Under the pieces are notes generated by a model. It saw nothing but the letters and a program-made list of their open reading frames with translations. It ran no database searches and had not been told where the DNA came from. Of a DNA stretch of 64,000 nt, positions 56,024 to 64,000 are shown in pieces. Position numbers and translations under genes: made by a program. Numbering within the stretch: the stretch's first letter is position 1; each line of letters begins with the position of its first letter. The stretch covers positions 480,001 through 544,000 of the forward strand of contig JAKFBS010000002.1 in the NCBI GenBank assembly GCA_036677065.1, read 5' to 3'. The stretch is from Bdellovibrio sp. (GTDB lineage Bacteria; Bdellovibrionota; Bdellovibrionia; Bdellovibrionales; Bdellovibrionaceae).

Positions 56024-58369
56024 TTGAAAACTTCTGTAAATAAAACGAACCCAACTACTCAATCTGATAAAGCAACTGAACGTTCAAATTTTGATAAACA
56101 AGCCTTGGATTTTCACCAATTTCCAAAACCAGGCAAGATCGAAGTCATTTCAACAAAACCGTGTAACACCGAGAAAGCATTAGCTTTAGCTTATTCTCCA
56201 GGTGTTGCTGTTCCCTGCAAAGTGATCGCTAAAAACCCAGACGCAGTTTACGACTACACTTCAAAAGGAAACCTGGTTGCCGTGATTTCTGATGGCACCG
56301 CAGTACTTGGTCTAGGTAACATCGGCCCATTAGCTTCAAAACCTGTGATGGAAGGTAAAGGGATTTTGTTTAAAAACTTTGCTGGCATCGACGTGTTCGA
56401 TATCGAAGTTAAATCATCATCAGCTGCAGAATTTATTGCTGCGGTTAGAACTTTAGAACCTACGTTTGGTGGTATTAATTTAGAAGATATTAAAGCCCCA
56501 GAATGTTTTGAAATCGAAGAGACTTTAAAAAAAGAAATGAACATTCCGGTATTTCACGATGATCAACATGGAACGGCGATTGTTTCAGCCGCAGCGCTAA
56601 TCAATGCCTGCCAAATCGTGAACAAAAAAATCGGCGAAGTTAAACTTGTCGTTAACGGTGCCGGAGCTGCATCGATCGCCTGTACGAAAATCTTTGTTAG
56701 CCTTGGGGTTAAAAAAGAAAATGTGATCATGTGCGATACCACTGGTGTGATCTTTAAAGGTCGCACCAACGGTATGAATAAATACAAAGAAGAATTTGCC
56801 AATGCTACAACTAAACGCACTTTATCTGAAGCTCTTGAAAATGCTGATGTTTTCATTGGCCTTTCTGCCGCGGGTGCTGTGACCGGCGACATGGTAAAAA
56901 CTATGGCGAAAGATCCAATCATTTTCGCTATGGCAAATCCAGATCCAGAAATTACTCCGGATGTAGCTCGTGCTGCCCGCCCTGATGCTATCGTAGCTAC
57001 TGGTCGCTCGGATTTTCCAAATCAAGTAAATAATGTTTTAGGATTTCCGTCGATCTTTCGCGGAGCCTTAGATACCCGATCTACACAAATTAATGAAGAA
57101 ATGAAATTAGCTGCGGTTCACGCGTTAGCAAAACTTGCTCGCGAAGAAGTACCTGATACAGTTTCTGCAAGTTATGGCGGACAAAAATTTAAATTTGGCC
57201 GCGATTATTTAATTCCGAAACCATTCGATACACGCGTATTGATGTGGGTTGCCCCGGCTGTGGCCAAAGCCGCTATGGATTCTGGCGTTGCAAGAATTAA
57301 AATTACAGATTGGAATCAATACCGCGATCGCCTAGAAGCAATTCAAGGTCCGCAAAAAGTTTTTATCAGATCAGCGATCAATCAAGTGCATGCAAACTCT
57401 GAGCGCCAAGGCGCACTTCCGCGCGTGGTGTTTCCGGAAGGCTCAAGTTCGAAAATTTTAAAATCAATCAGATCTTTGATCGATGAAAAAATCTGTCATC
57501 CGATCGTGATCGGCAACCCCGATGTTATTCGCGAAAAAGCCAAAAAACACAGTATTCATATGGATGGCATTGAGATTTTAAATATTCAGGGTCACCCCAA
57601 ATTTCATCAGTACTCAGAAGAACTTTATAAACGCCGTCAACGTAAAGGCGTGAACATTAAAGAAGCTGAAAGACTAATGAATGATCCAAGTTACTTTGCA
57701 GCCATGATGCTTGATCAAGGTGATGCTGATGGCATGGTGAATGGCGCGACCACAAATTATTCTGAAGCGGTAAAACCAATTTTGCATGCGATCGGTTTAG
57801 CAAAAGATCACGTGCCTGCAGGTTTAAATATTTTAATTTCTGACGATAGATTCTTATTTTTATCTGACACCACGGTAAATATGAATCCCACAGCTGAACA
57901 ATTAGCACAAATCGCAATTCAAACAGCATTGATTGCTGAACACTTTGGTCAAAAACCAAGAATAGCGATGTTAAGCTTTTCAAATTTCAGTGGCGCCGAT
58001 GGCACCCCTGCTAAAATGAAAAAGGCCGCAGAACTAGTTCGCAAGCTTCGCCCAGACTTAACTGTTGAAGGCGATATGCAAGCTGACACTGCGGTTAGCG
58101 CAGAAATTCAAAGTCGTATCTTCCCGTTTTCACAATTAGGCGGCGAAGCTAACATCCTGATTTTTCCAAATCTAGAAAGTGCGAATATTTCGTATAAACT
58201 TTTACAACAACTTGGAAAAGTTGAAGTCATTGGACCTTTTTTAATGGGTGTGCGTCGTGCGGCCAATGTTTTACAACGTACAACAACTGAAGAAACTATT
58301 TTCAGCTCAGTGGTATTAACAGCCTTAGAAGCTCAAATTATTAAGGATCGCCGTACGGTGAAACACTAG
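56024..58369 (+). CDS. maeB: NADP-dependent malic enzyme, hybrid with PTA domain
   Basis: AYSPGVA, KPVMEGK, INLEDI, FHDDQHGTA, GAGAA; C-terminal PTA-like VFPEG..EGDMQAD; TTG start after GGAG. Confidence 0.95.
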   Translation: MKTSVNKTNPTTQSDKATERSNFDKQALDFHQFPKPGKIEVISTKPCNTEKALALAYSPGVAVPCKVIAKNPDAVYDYTSKGNLVAVISDGTAVLGLGNIGPLASKPVMEGKGILFKNFAGIDVFDIEVKSSSAAEFIAAVRTLEPTFGGINLEDIKAPECFEIEETLKKEMNIPVFHDDQHGTAIVSAAALINACQIVNKKIGEVKLVVNGAGAASIACTKIFVSLGVKKENVIMCDTTGVIFKGRTNGMNKYKEEFANATTKRTLSEALENADVFIGLSAAGAVTGDMVKTMAKDPIIFAMANPDPEITPDVARAARPDAIVATGRSDFPNQVNNVLGFPSIFRGALDTRSTQINEEMKLAAVHALAKLAREEVPDTVSASYGGQKFKFGRDYLIPKPFDTRVLMWVAPAVAKAAMDSGVARIKITDWNQYRDRLEAIQGPQKVFIRSAINQVHANSERQGALPRVVFPEGSSSKILKSIRSLIDEKICHPIVIGNPDVIREKAKKHSIHMDGIEILNIQGHPKFHQYSEELYKRRQRKGVNIKEAERLMNDPSYFAAMMLDQGDADGMVNGATTNYSEAVKPILHAIGLAKDHVPAGLNILISDDRFLFLSDTTVNMNPTAEQLAQIAIQTALIAEHFGQKPRIAMLSFSNFSGADGTPAKMKKAAELVRKLRPDLTVEGDMQADTAVSAEIQSRIFPFSQLGGEANILIFPNLESANISYKLLQQLGKVEVIGPFLMGVRRAANVLQRTTTEETIFSSVVLTALEAQIIKDRRTVKH

Positions 58370-59631
58370 TGACGGAACTGCGGATTAACGACAAAGACAA
58401 AGTGATCGTAGTTGGTGTTGGTTTAAAAACTGAACCCATCTCTGAAATCAAAGAAAATCTTTGTGAACTTGAAGAGCTTGTATCTGCCGCTGGTGGCGAC
58501 GTGATTGGCTCTACAGTTCAAGTTTTACCTTCGTGGAATCCCAGCACATTGATCGGTTCGGGTAAAGTGACTGAGATTAAAGAGATGGTTCAAGAATCTG
58601 GTGCCCAGATTGTTGTGATCGATCATCAGTTATCCGGAATCCAATCGCGAAATTTACAAACTGAAATCGGCGTCCGCATTATTGATCGAACGCAATTAAT
58701 TTTGGATATCTTCGCTCAGCGTGCGCGCACTTACGAAGGTAAACTTCAAGTAGAGCTCGCACAGCTTTTAGATCAAATGCCCCGCATGATCGGCGCGTGG
58801 AATGATTCGTTATCACGCTTAGGTGGCGGTATCGGTACACGCGGCCCCGGCGAGTCAGCTTTAGAAAATGACCGCCGTCGCGCCAAAGAAAAAATTGCTT
58901 TAATTAAAAAGAAGTTAGACGAAGTATCACAGCATCGTGCGCAGCACAGACAGTCTCGCCGACGTAACGAAGTTCCAAGTTTTGCTTTAATTGGTTATAC
59001 CAATTCAGGAAAAAGTTCTTTGTTAAACCGTTTAACCGGCGCGCAAGTTATGGCTAAAAATATGCTGTTTGCGACCCTTGATCCGACAACGAGAAAAGTA
59101 TTTTTAGATGATGGTCCTCCGGCAGTTGTCACCGACACCGTAGGGTTTATCAGAAAATTACCGACGCAATTAATTGAAGCATTCAAAGCTACACTTGAAG
59201 AGTCTGCAGAAGCCGATATTCTTCTTCACGTGATTGATTTGTCGTCGCCAAATATGGAACGCCAAATCGAAGTTGTTGATGGTCTGATCAAAGAATTTGG
59301 CTGGGATAAGCAAAAGGTCATTCATATTTTTAATAAATGCGATGTCGCTTCACCGGATCGCCAGTTCAGAGTAAAACAATTTCCGCGCCTGTTCGTAAGT
59401 GCTTTAACAGGACAAGGGTTTGAGCAGCTTAAAAAAATGATGGCTGATTCAATCAATGAAATGCAAACCGAAGTGGAACTGTATTTTGCGCATACACAAG
59501 AATTTAAGATCTACGACCTTAGTCGTGAAGCTAAAATCACGCGTAAAGAGCCTGCTACAGAGGGTACGGTGTGCTATGCCCTGATGACCCCGACCTTAAT
59601 CAACAAGTGGCGCGATTTCCTCGTAAAATAG
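58369..59631 (+). CDS. hflX: GTPase HflX
   Basis: LILDIFAQRA, GGIGTRGPGE, GYTNSGKS, LFATLDPT, DTVGFI, NKCD. Confidence 0.96.
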   Translation: MTELRINDKDKVIVVGVGLKTEPISEIKENLCELEELVSAAGGDVIGSTVQVLPSWNPSTLIGSGKVTEIKEMVQESGAQIVVIDHQLSGIQSRNLQTEIGVRIIDRTQLILDIFAQRARTYEGKLQVELAQLLDQMPRMIGAWNDSLSRLGGGIGTRGPGESALENDRRRAKEKIALIKKKLDEVSQHRAQHRQSRRRNEVPSFALIGYTNSGKSSLLNRLTGAQVMAKNMLFATLDPTTRKVFLDDGPPAVVTDTVGFIRKLPTQLIEAFKATLEESAEADILLHVIDLSSPNMERQIEVVDGLIKEFGWDKQKVIHIFNKCDVASPDRQFRVKQFPRLFVSALTGQGFEQLKKMMADSINEMQTEVELYFAHTQEFKIYDLSREAKITRKEPATEGTVCYALMTPTLINKWRDFLVK

Positions 59632-59656
59632 CCTTATTGTTTGTTACAATTTAACA

Positions 59657-60799
59657 ATGAACAAAATCAAATCTGCTCTAGTGATCGCGGCATTTCTTCC
59701 CTTAACTGTTTTGGCCGAAGGTGAACAATGTTTATCAGGCACTTCAGGCAATAATCACTTACTGCATCAGCTTGCTCGTGTTAAAAATTCAAGCCCGGTC
59801 AGTCGCGAACTTACAAAAAAATACAATTTAGAATCTACTCATGCCGAGCCACCGGCAGGCCTTCCTTGTGCCAGTTGCCAACAAGGCCCCGGAAGCAATC
59901 CACTTAACGTAGGTAATCACGCAACCGCGCAGCTTTTACGCCAAATAGCACCCGATGCCAGACTGTTAATGAATACAGACTGTTTATCTGCCGCTGGTAA
60001 AGTCGATGCGCCAACAAGCGAATTAAAATGCCCCGAAGGAAAACTTTCACCCAAACATAATTTCTGTTTTAATTCTAATTTAATGCGCTATCAAAATGCC
60101 GTGATTACAGATTTTTACAAATGCATAAAAAAGTTAACGAACCTGCCACTAACACCTGCCGGATTATTTGAAATGTATTCTTTAGAATCTGGATTTAAGC
60201 CTCATTACGCTTACGGAGGTGGTGTAGGTATCGGCCAATTGACTGGAATCTTCGTAGATGACATCAATCAAAAACATCGCGGCTTTAGCATCTTAAAAAA
60301 AGTGGCTGACACCAGTGATCCTGATTGTGATATCGCAAAAAAGATCGCCGCCAAAGACGTAAAAACTCCGGTCCGTTTAAATAACAATCGTTGTAAATTT
60401 GTTGAATACGGCGAAGGCATGGAGCGTAATGTCCTATACACTATGGTCGGAATGGCTAATTCTTGGAGTAAAGATTTAGAGCCACTTATGAGTGCCTACA
60501 TTAAGCAACACCAAGGTAACCCGGCCTTACCACGGGTTAAAGAATTAGCTCTTCTTAATGGCTATGGCCCCGGCGGAAGAGCCGCTGCTCGCGCTGCGAT
60601 TCGTCGTTTAACAAAACTGAGTCCGGTTAAATTCGCGACGACGATTAAAAAACCAATGTATGGCGGCAGAAGAAGTACCAACTTAACAAGTTATCTGGGT
60701 AAAATAGATAAGCGCCAAACACAATTGTTAACAGATATGTCACCCAGTTTACGCAATGAGTACACGAAACAAGGAGCTCGCGCATGTATCAACAACTAA
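59657..60799 (+). CDS. Secreted Cys-rich protein with lytic-transglycosylase-like motif
   Basis: Signal peptide; YSLESGF..GVGIGQLT. Confidence 0.55.
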   Translation: MNKIKSALVIAAFLPLTVLAEGEQCLSGTSGNNHLLHQLARVKNSSPVSRELTKKYNLESTHAEPPAGLPCASCQQGPGSNPLNVGNHATAQLLRQIAPDARLLMNTDCLSAAGKVDAPTSELKCPEGKLSPKHNFCFNSNLMRYQNAVITDFYKCIKKLTNLPLTPAGLFEMYSLESGFKPHYAYGGGVGIGQLTGIFVDDINQKHRGFSILKKVADTSDPDCDIAKKIAAKDVKTPVRLNNNRCKFVEYGEGMERNVLYTMVGMANSWSKDLEPLMSAYIKQHQGNPALPRVKELALLNGYGPGGRAAARAAIRRLTKLSPVKFATTIKKPMYGGRRSTNLTSYLGKIDKRQTQLLTDMSPSLRNEYTKQGARACINN

Positions 60800-61206
60800 G
60801 TCTAATCACAGCCCTATTAATTTCTGTTTCTGCTTTAGCATCGACTCCGACATCATTATCGCCTGAGTTAAGAAAAGACTATGATGAATTTCAAAAATCT
60901 TACGAAGATGCCGTGATGATGTCTGAAGATAAAGCTAAATTCTTAAAAGAATTTAAAAGTATTGAAACTAATTTACAAAAAAAATATAAAGCATTTGATA
61001 AAAAAGAAGGCCAAGCTATAACCAATGAAGGCAATCAAATGGCCTTAGATATCGAAATGCTTGAGCCGTTAAAAATCATTGCTGAAGGCAATGCTTCGAA
61101 AGAAAGCTGCTCAAACGCTGAATTTATTAATGAATTAAATAATCAGTCAGATGCAAAAACTTACGATAAATTAAAAGCGCAAATCACTAAACTTTGTAAA
61201 CAATAA
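60784..61206 (+). CDS. Secreted helical hypothetical protein
   Basis: Signal peptide (SALA), two Cys; overlaps the upstream gene by 16 bp. Confidence 0.7.
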   Translation: MYQQLSLITALLISVSALASTPTSLSPELRKDYDEFQKSYEDAVMMSEDKAKFLKEFKSIETNLQKKYKAFDKKEGQAITNEGNQMALDIEMLEPLKIIAEGNASKESCSNAEFINELNNQSDAKTYDKLKAQITKLCKQ

Positions 61207-61231
61207 TTGGCGTGGCTCGCCAAGGCTCGAC

Positions 61232-61351
61232 TTAGCCCAAGAAAATCATAAGCGCAGGTACGATGAAAACCATAAGCAAAAACACCTGCTCTTGTTTCTC
61301 TTTACTTCTGCTTCTTTTAGCCAAGGCTAAACTACCTCTAGATAAATTCAT
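61232..61351 (-). CDS. 39-aa small membrane protein (absent from ORF track)
   Basis: MNLSRGSLALAKRSRSKEKQEQVFLLMVFIVPALMIFLG*; AAGGGG RBS; sigma54 promoter just upstream. Confidence 0.6.
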   Translation of the reverse strand: MNLSRGSLALAKRSRSKEKQEQVFLLMVFIVPALMIFLG

Positions 61352-61387
61352 ACACACCCCTTTCAATATCCCCTTACTGATTAATAA

Positions 61388-61403
61388 AGCAATTTGAACG
61401 CCA
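61388..61403 (-). promoter_or_regulatory. Putative sigma54 promoter
   Basis: - strand TGGCGT-TCAAA-TTGCT. Confidence 0.65.
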
Positions 61404-61567
61404 GCGCTGCGGCCATTACAACACTCTATAAAAATACAGTAGAATATAACTTAGTCACATTCTCTTAGTGCAATGGCGCTAAGTTCTCAAATTCACAGAG
61501 AGATTCGCGATTAAGTCATGATTCTTTACAAGTGTTAGGATTTAGATCATGTCTCATATTTAGAAAT

Positions 61568-61594
61568 AAAAAAGCCAGACAATGTCTGGCTTTT
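61568..61594 (-). terminator. Rho-independent terminator
   Basis: AAAAGCCAGAC-AAT-GTCTGGCTTTT with a U-tract on the - strand. Confidence 0.75.
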
Positions 61595-61625
61595 GAGTAT
61601 CGCGCTGTAGAATTTGTCTAGCTGC

Positions 61626-61769
61626 TTAGTATGCTTTCCCGTCTACAGCCTTAGGCGCCGACTGAAACCCAAGCTTACTTGGCGCGCGGTCTTGAAAAAC
61701 TAATACTAAAAGACCAAGTAAAACCACACATAAGAACATATTCAGTTTTTTGAAAAAATTTACAGTCAT
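61626..61769 (-). pseudogene. 47-aa ORF resembling a truncated FQNC-type lipoprotein
   Basis: MTVNFFKKLNMFLCVVLLGLLVLVFQDRAPSKLGFQSAPKAVDGKAY*; AGGGGG RBS. Confidence 0.45.
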
Positions 61770-61794
61770 AAATCCCCCTATTAAAATAAAAATA

Positions 61795-63360
61795 TTACTT
61801 ACACTTAACTTCAGGAATATCCTGAAACGTATTTCTCTTAAAGGCCTTCGGCAATTGCCCCATCGAGTAAGTGGCTGAGGTGGCTCTTAAATCATCTGTC
61901 ACATTCGTGATAAAATAATTGTGCTGATTCCATACCGCCCGTGTTGGCATCCATGAACCTTCGACACTCGGACCAAATACTCTAACACCATTCATTTTAT
62001 AAAAAGGGCTTTCTGGCTTCAGATCATATGAGTAAGAATTTTGCGCCACGATAAGATCTGCATACCCATCTCCATCGGCATCCGCGACAACAGGATATTC
62101 ACTTAAAGTGCCGCTTGGATTTATAGTCTGCCAAATTGTTTTTAAATTTAGCGAACCGTCCAATTCATAAATTCTAAGATACTGTTCGTCAGCGTAAATA
62201 ATTTCGGGCTTACTATCGCCATTAAAATCAAAAGAAGCCACGCCGGTTTTTCTTGAAGAACAATCGGTTGTTAAACTGCCCGCGATTTTATTTCCCGACA
62301 CATCATAAATCGTCAAGGAGCGGCCCGTAGCGATGGCAATCTCTAACGACTGGGCATTGCCATCAAAATCACCGATTGTAGCCTGACCGCCACCGATAGC
62401 GCCCGTACAGGTACTGTTTGTATGTTCTGTTAAAGTCTTATCAACAATCAACACACCTTTAGAGGAGTAAACCTGAAATGAAGACCCGCCGGCTAAAACA
62501 ATTTCAGAACCCACATGATTTGCATAAATATCTGCAATCGCCGGAAATCCTATTTTAGAAAATTTAGAAATGGTTTTTCCTTGTACATTCATAATACCAC
62601 CGGCGTTAACGATGCTCATTTTTGCAAGCGAACTCATCGGTTGCAAATTCACTGGCACATTATAACAGGCTACAATATCAAGATTGGCCTTAATGAAAGG
62701 AATTTTAGCTTTAGATTCAGAAACCACAAATCCAGGGGCTACGATATCTGCAATACCATCATTATCAATATCGGCAGCTGATAGTGAATCATCACAATTC
62801 ATAGCACCAGAAGGCTTATTTAAAACCCAGCGCTCTGACCCATCAGAATTAAGCGCAATCATGTTAATGCTGCCTGAAACTGCGCGACTCAGGTATATGA
62901 CTTCGCCTTTACCATCACCTTCAATATCAATTAACAAAGGCGCCATTGATCCAAAAGACATATGTTCAGGCTTCATTGCTGACCATTTTTCCTGCCCGTT
63001 AGCACCGCTAATTACACGCACATAACCTGGTGAATTATAACTACCACCTTTAAAAGTTGTGAATGCAATTTCAGGAATTCCATCACCATCAATATCACCA
63101 ACCACTGGGGTAGACATAACTTGACTGTATAATGGCTCTTGGGCTGAAGCATGATCCCATGCAAATTTGAGCTTAGGAATAATTTCATAAGCGCTCATAT
63201 CACGACAGATTGGTGCCGCAGCTTGAAGCGATGCCGTATCGACTTTAAAATCCATTTTTGAAGAAGAACAATTTTGAAACCACAGCATCAAAACAGGAAC
63301 TACGACTATCATTTTAAATAAGATGTGCTCGCGTTTTTGCGAACCGCGTACTGATTTCAT
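61795..63360 (-). CDS. FG-GAP/VCBS repeat beta-propeller lipoprotein
   Basis: WFQNC lipobox; repeated DIDGDGIPE, DIDNDGIAD, DFNGDSKPE, DADGDGYAD; ATG 63360 after GGGGG RBS. Confidence 0.88.
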   Translation of the reverse strand: MKSVRGSQKREHILFKMIVVVPVLMLWFQNCSSSKMDFKVDTASLQAAAPICRDMSAYEIIPKLKFAWDHASAQEPLYSQVMSTPVVGDIDGDGIPEIAFTTFKGGSYNSPGYVRVISGANGQEKWSAMKPEHMSFGSMAPLLIDIEGDGKGEVIYLSRAVSGSINMIALNSDGSERWVLNKPSGAMNCDDSLSAADIDNDGIADIVAPGFVVSESKAKIPFIKANLDIVACYNVPVNLQPMSSLAKMSIVNAGGIMNVQGKTISKFSKIGFPAIADIYANHVGSEIVLAGGSSFQVYSSKGVLIVDKTLTEHTNSTCTGAIGGGQATIGDFDGNAQSLEIAIATGRSLTIYDVSGNKIAGSLTTDCSSRKTGVASFDFNGDSKPEIIYADEQYLRIYELDGSLNLKTIWQTINPSGTLSEYPVVADADGDGYADLIVAQNSYSYDLKPESPFYKMNGVRVFGPSVEGSWMPTRAVWNQHNYFITNVTDDLRATSATYSMGQLPKAFKRNTFQDIPEVKCK

Positions 63361-63385
63361 AGATCCCCCACCCAGCTTTATGTAA

Positions 63386-63401
63386 AGCAATTTGGTCGCC
63401 A
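63386..63401 (-). promoter_or_regulatory. Putative sigma54 promoter
   Basis: - strand TGGCGA-CCAAA-TTGCT. Confidence 0.65.
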
Positions 63402-63579
63402 TAGCGCGGAGGCGATTCTAATCGCGGGCACAGAATCAGAGCGAATAAAATGTGATCACTTTTAATGAAGATAATAAGCTAACTTGCTAAATTAACTTAA
63501 GCTTTACGAAATAGTCTGAATACTCAACGACTGTCAGAATTAAAACCATGTCGCAAACTGAGATAAGAACGACTCAAGA

Positions 63580-64000
63580 CTAAGCTTCTACCTTACGCTG
63601 TTGAATACGATGTTCGCGGCGTTTTTTAGCCGCTTCGAAACGACGTTTCTCAGTCTCGGTTTCTAGCACTAAGCTTGGAACCTTAGCCGATCTGCCATCA
63701 GAGCCCAGGGCAACAAAAGTTAAATAAGATGAAGCGGTATGAAAGATTTCGCCGGTTTTAGGATTTTCTGCATCAACACGCACACCGATTTCCATAGATG
63801 AAGTAGAAACAAAATTGACCGAGGCCTTTAAGTTAACAACCCAGCCGCGCTTTACCGGCGCAATAAAATCTAAGCGGTCAATTGACGCAGTTACGACTTC
63901 TTTACCTGAATGCCTTTGGGCTGCAATAGCTGCCGCAATATCAATCCATGACATAATAGTTCCGCCAAAAATCGTATCAAAAGAATTTGTGTGTGATGGC
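63580..64000 (-). CDS. Acyl-CoA thioesterase (hotdog fold); 5' end lies beyond the window
   Basis: PSHTNSFDTIFGGTIMSWIDIAA, VTASID, TSSMEIGV, YLTFVAL. Confidence 0.92.
   Translation of the reverse strand, partial: PSHTNSFDTIFGGTIMSWIDIAAAIAAQRHSGKEVVTASIDRLDFIAPVKRGWVVNLKASVNFVSTSSMEIGVRVDAENPKTGEIFHTASSYLTFVALGSDGRSAKVPSLVLETETEKRRFEAAKKRREHRIQQRKVEA

Noticed and set aside
1..64000. tRNA, rRNA, prophage or defence-system genes
   Set aside because: None recognised; intergenic gaps are short and explained by promoters or terminators, though a covariance-model scan could still find small RNAs

Overview
A gene-dense, AT-rich chromosomal window whose gene content points to a Bdellovibrionota (Bdellovibrio/Pseudobdellovibrio-like) predator. 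That assignment is inferred from the FQNC-type lipoprotein, a TIGR04552-like gene, hybrid MaeB, many Cys-rich secreted proteins and sigma54/FliA-type promoters. Housekeeping and metabolic genes include trpS, slyX, xdhABC with a guanine deaminase, feoAB, two divergent PTPS/QueD paralogues, psd, hbd-crt-icmF, plsC, lspA, fadIJ, maeB and hflX. No rRNA, tRNA, CRISPR array, integrase or transposase was recognised. The most notable observation is a divergent pair of signal-peptide-bearing atypical kinase-fold proteins (12262-15403). One has Fam20C/Four-jointed-like catalytic motifs, the other looks like a pseudokinase, and each has its own sigma54-type promoter. Other highlights: a RelA/SpoT-synthetase-like gene coupled to plsC; a 2.4-kb insert bounded by a decayed copy of a gene's 3' end plus a 25-bp tandem repeat; a recurring GTCTCA-N3-TGAGAC palindrome beside sigma54 promoters; near-leaderless FliA-type promoters; and a QueD lacking one Zn-ligand His next to a PTPS-III-type paralogue. 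All family calls are by-eye motif recognition; no searches were run.
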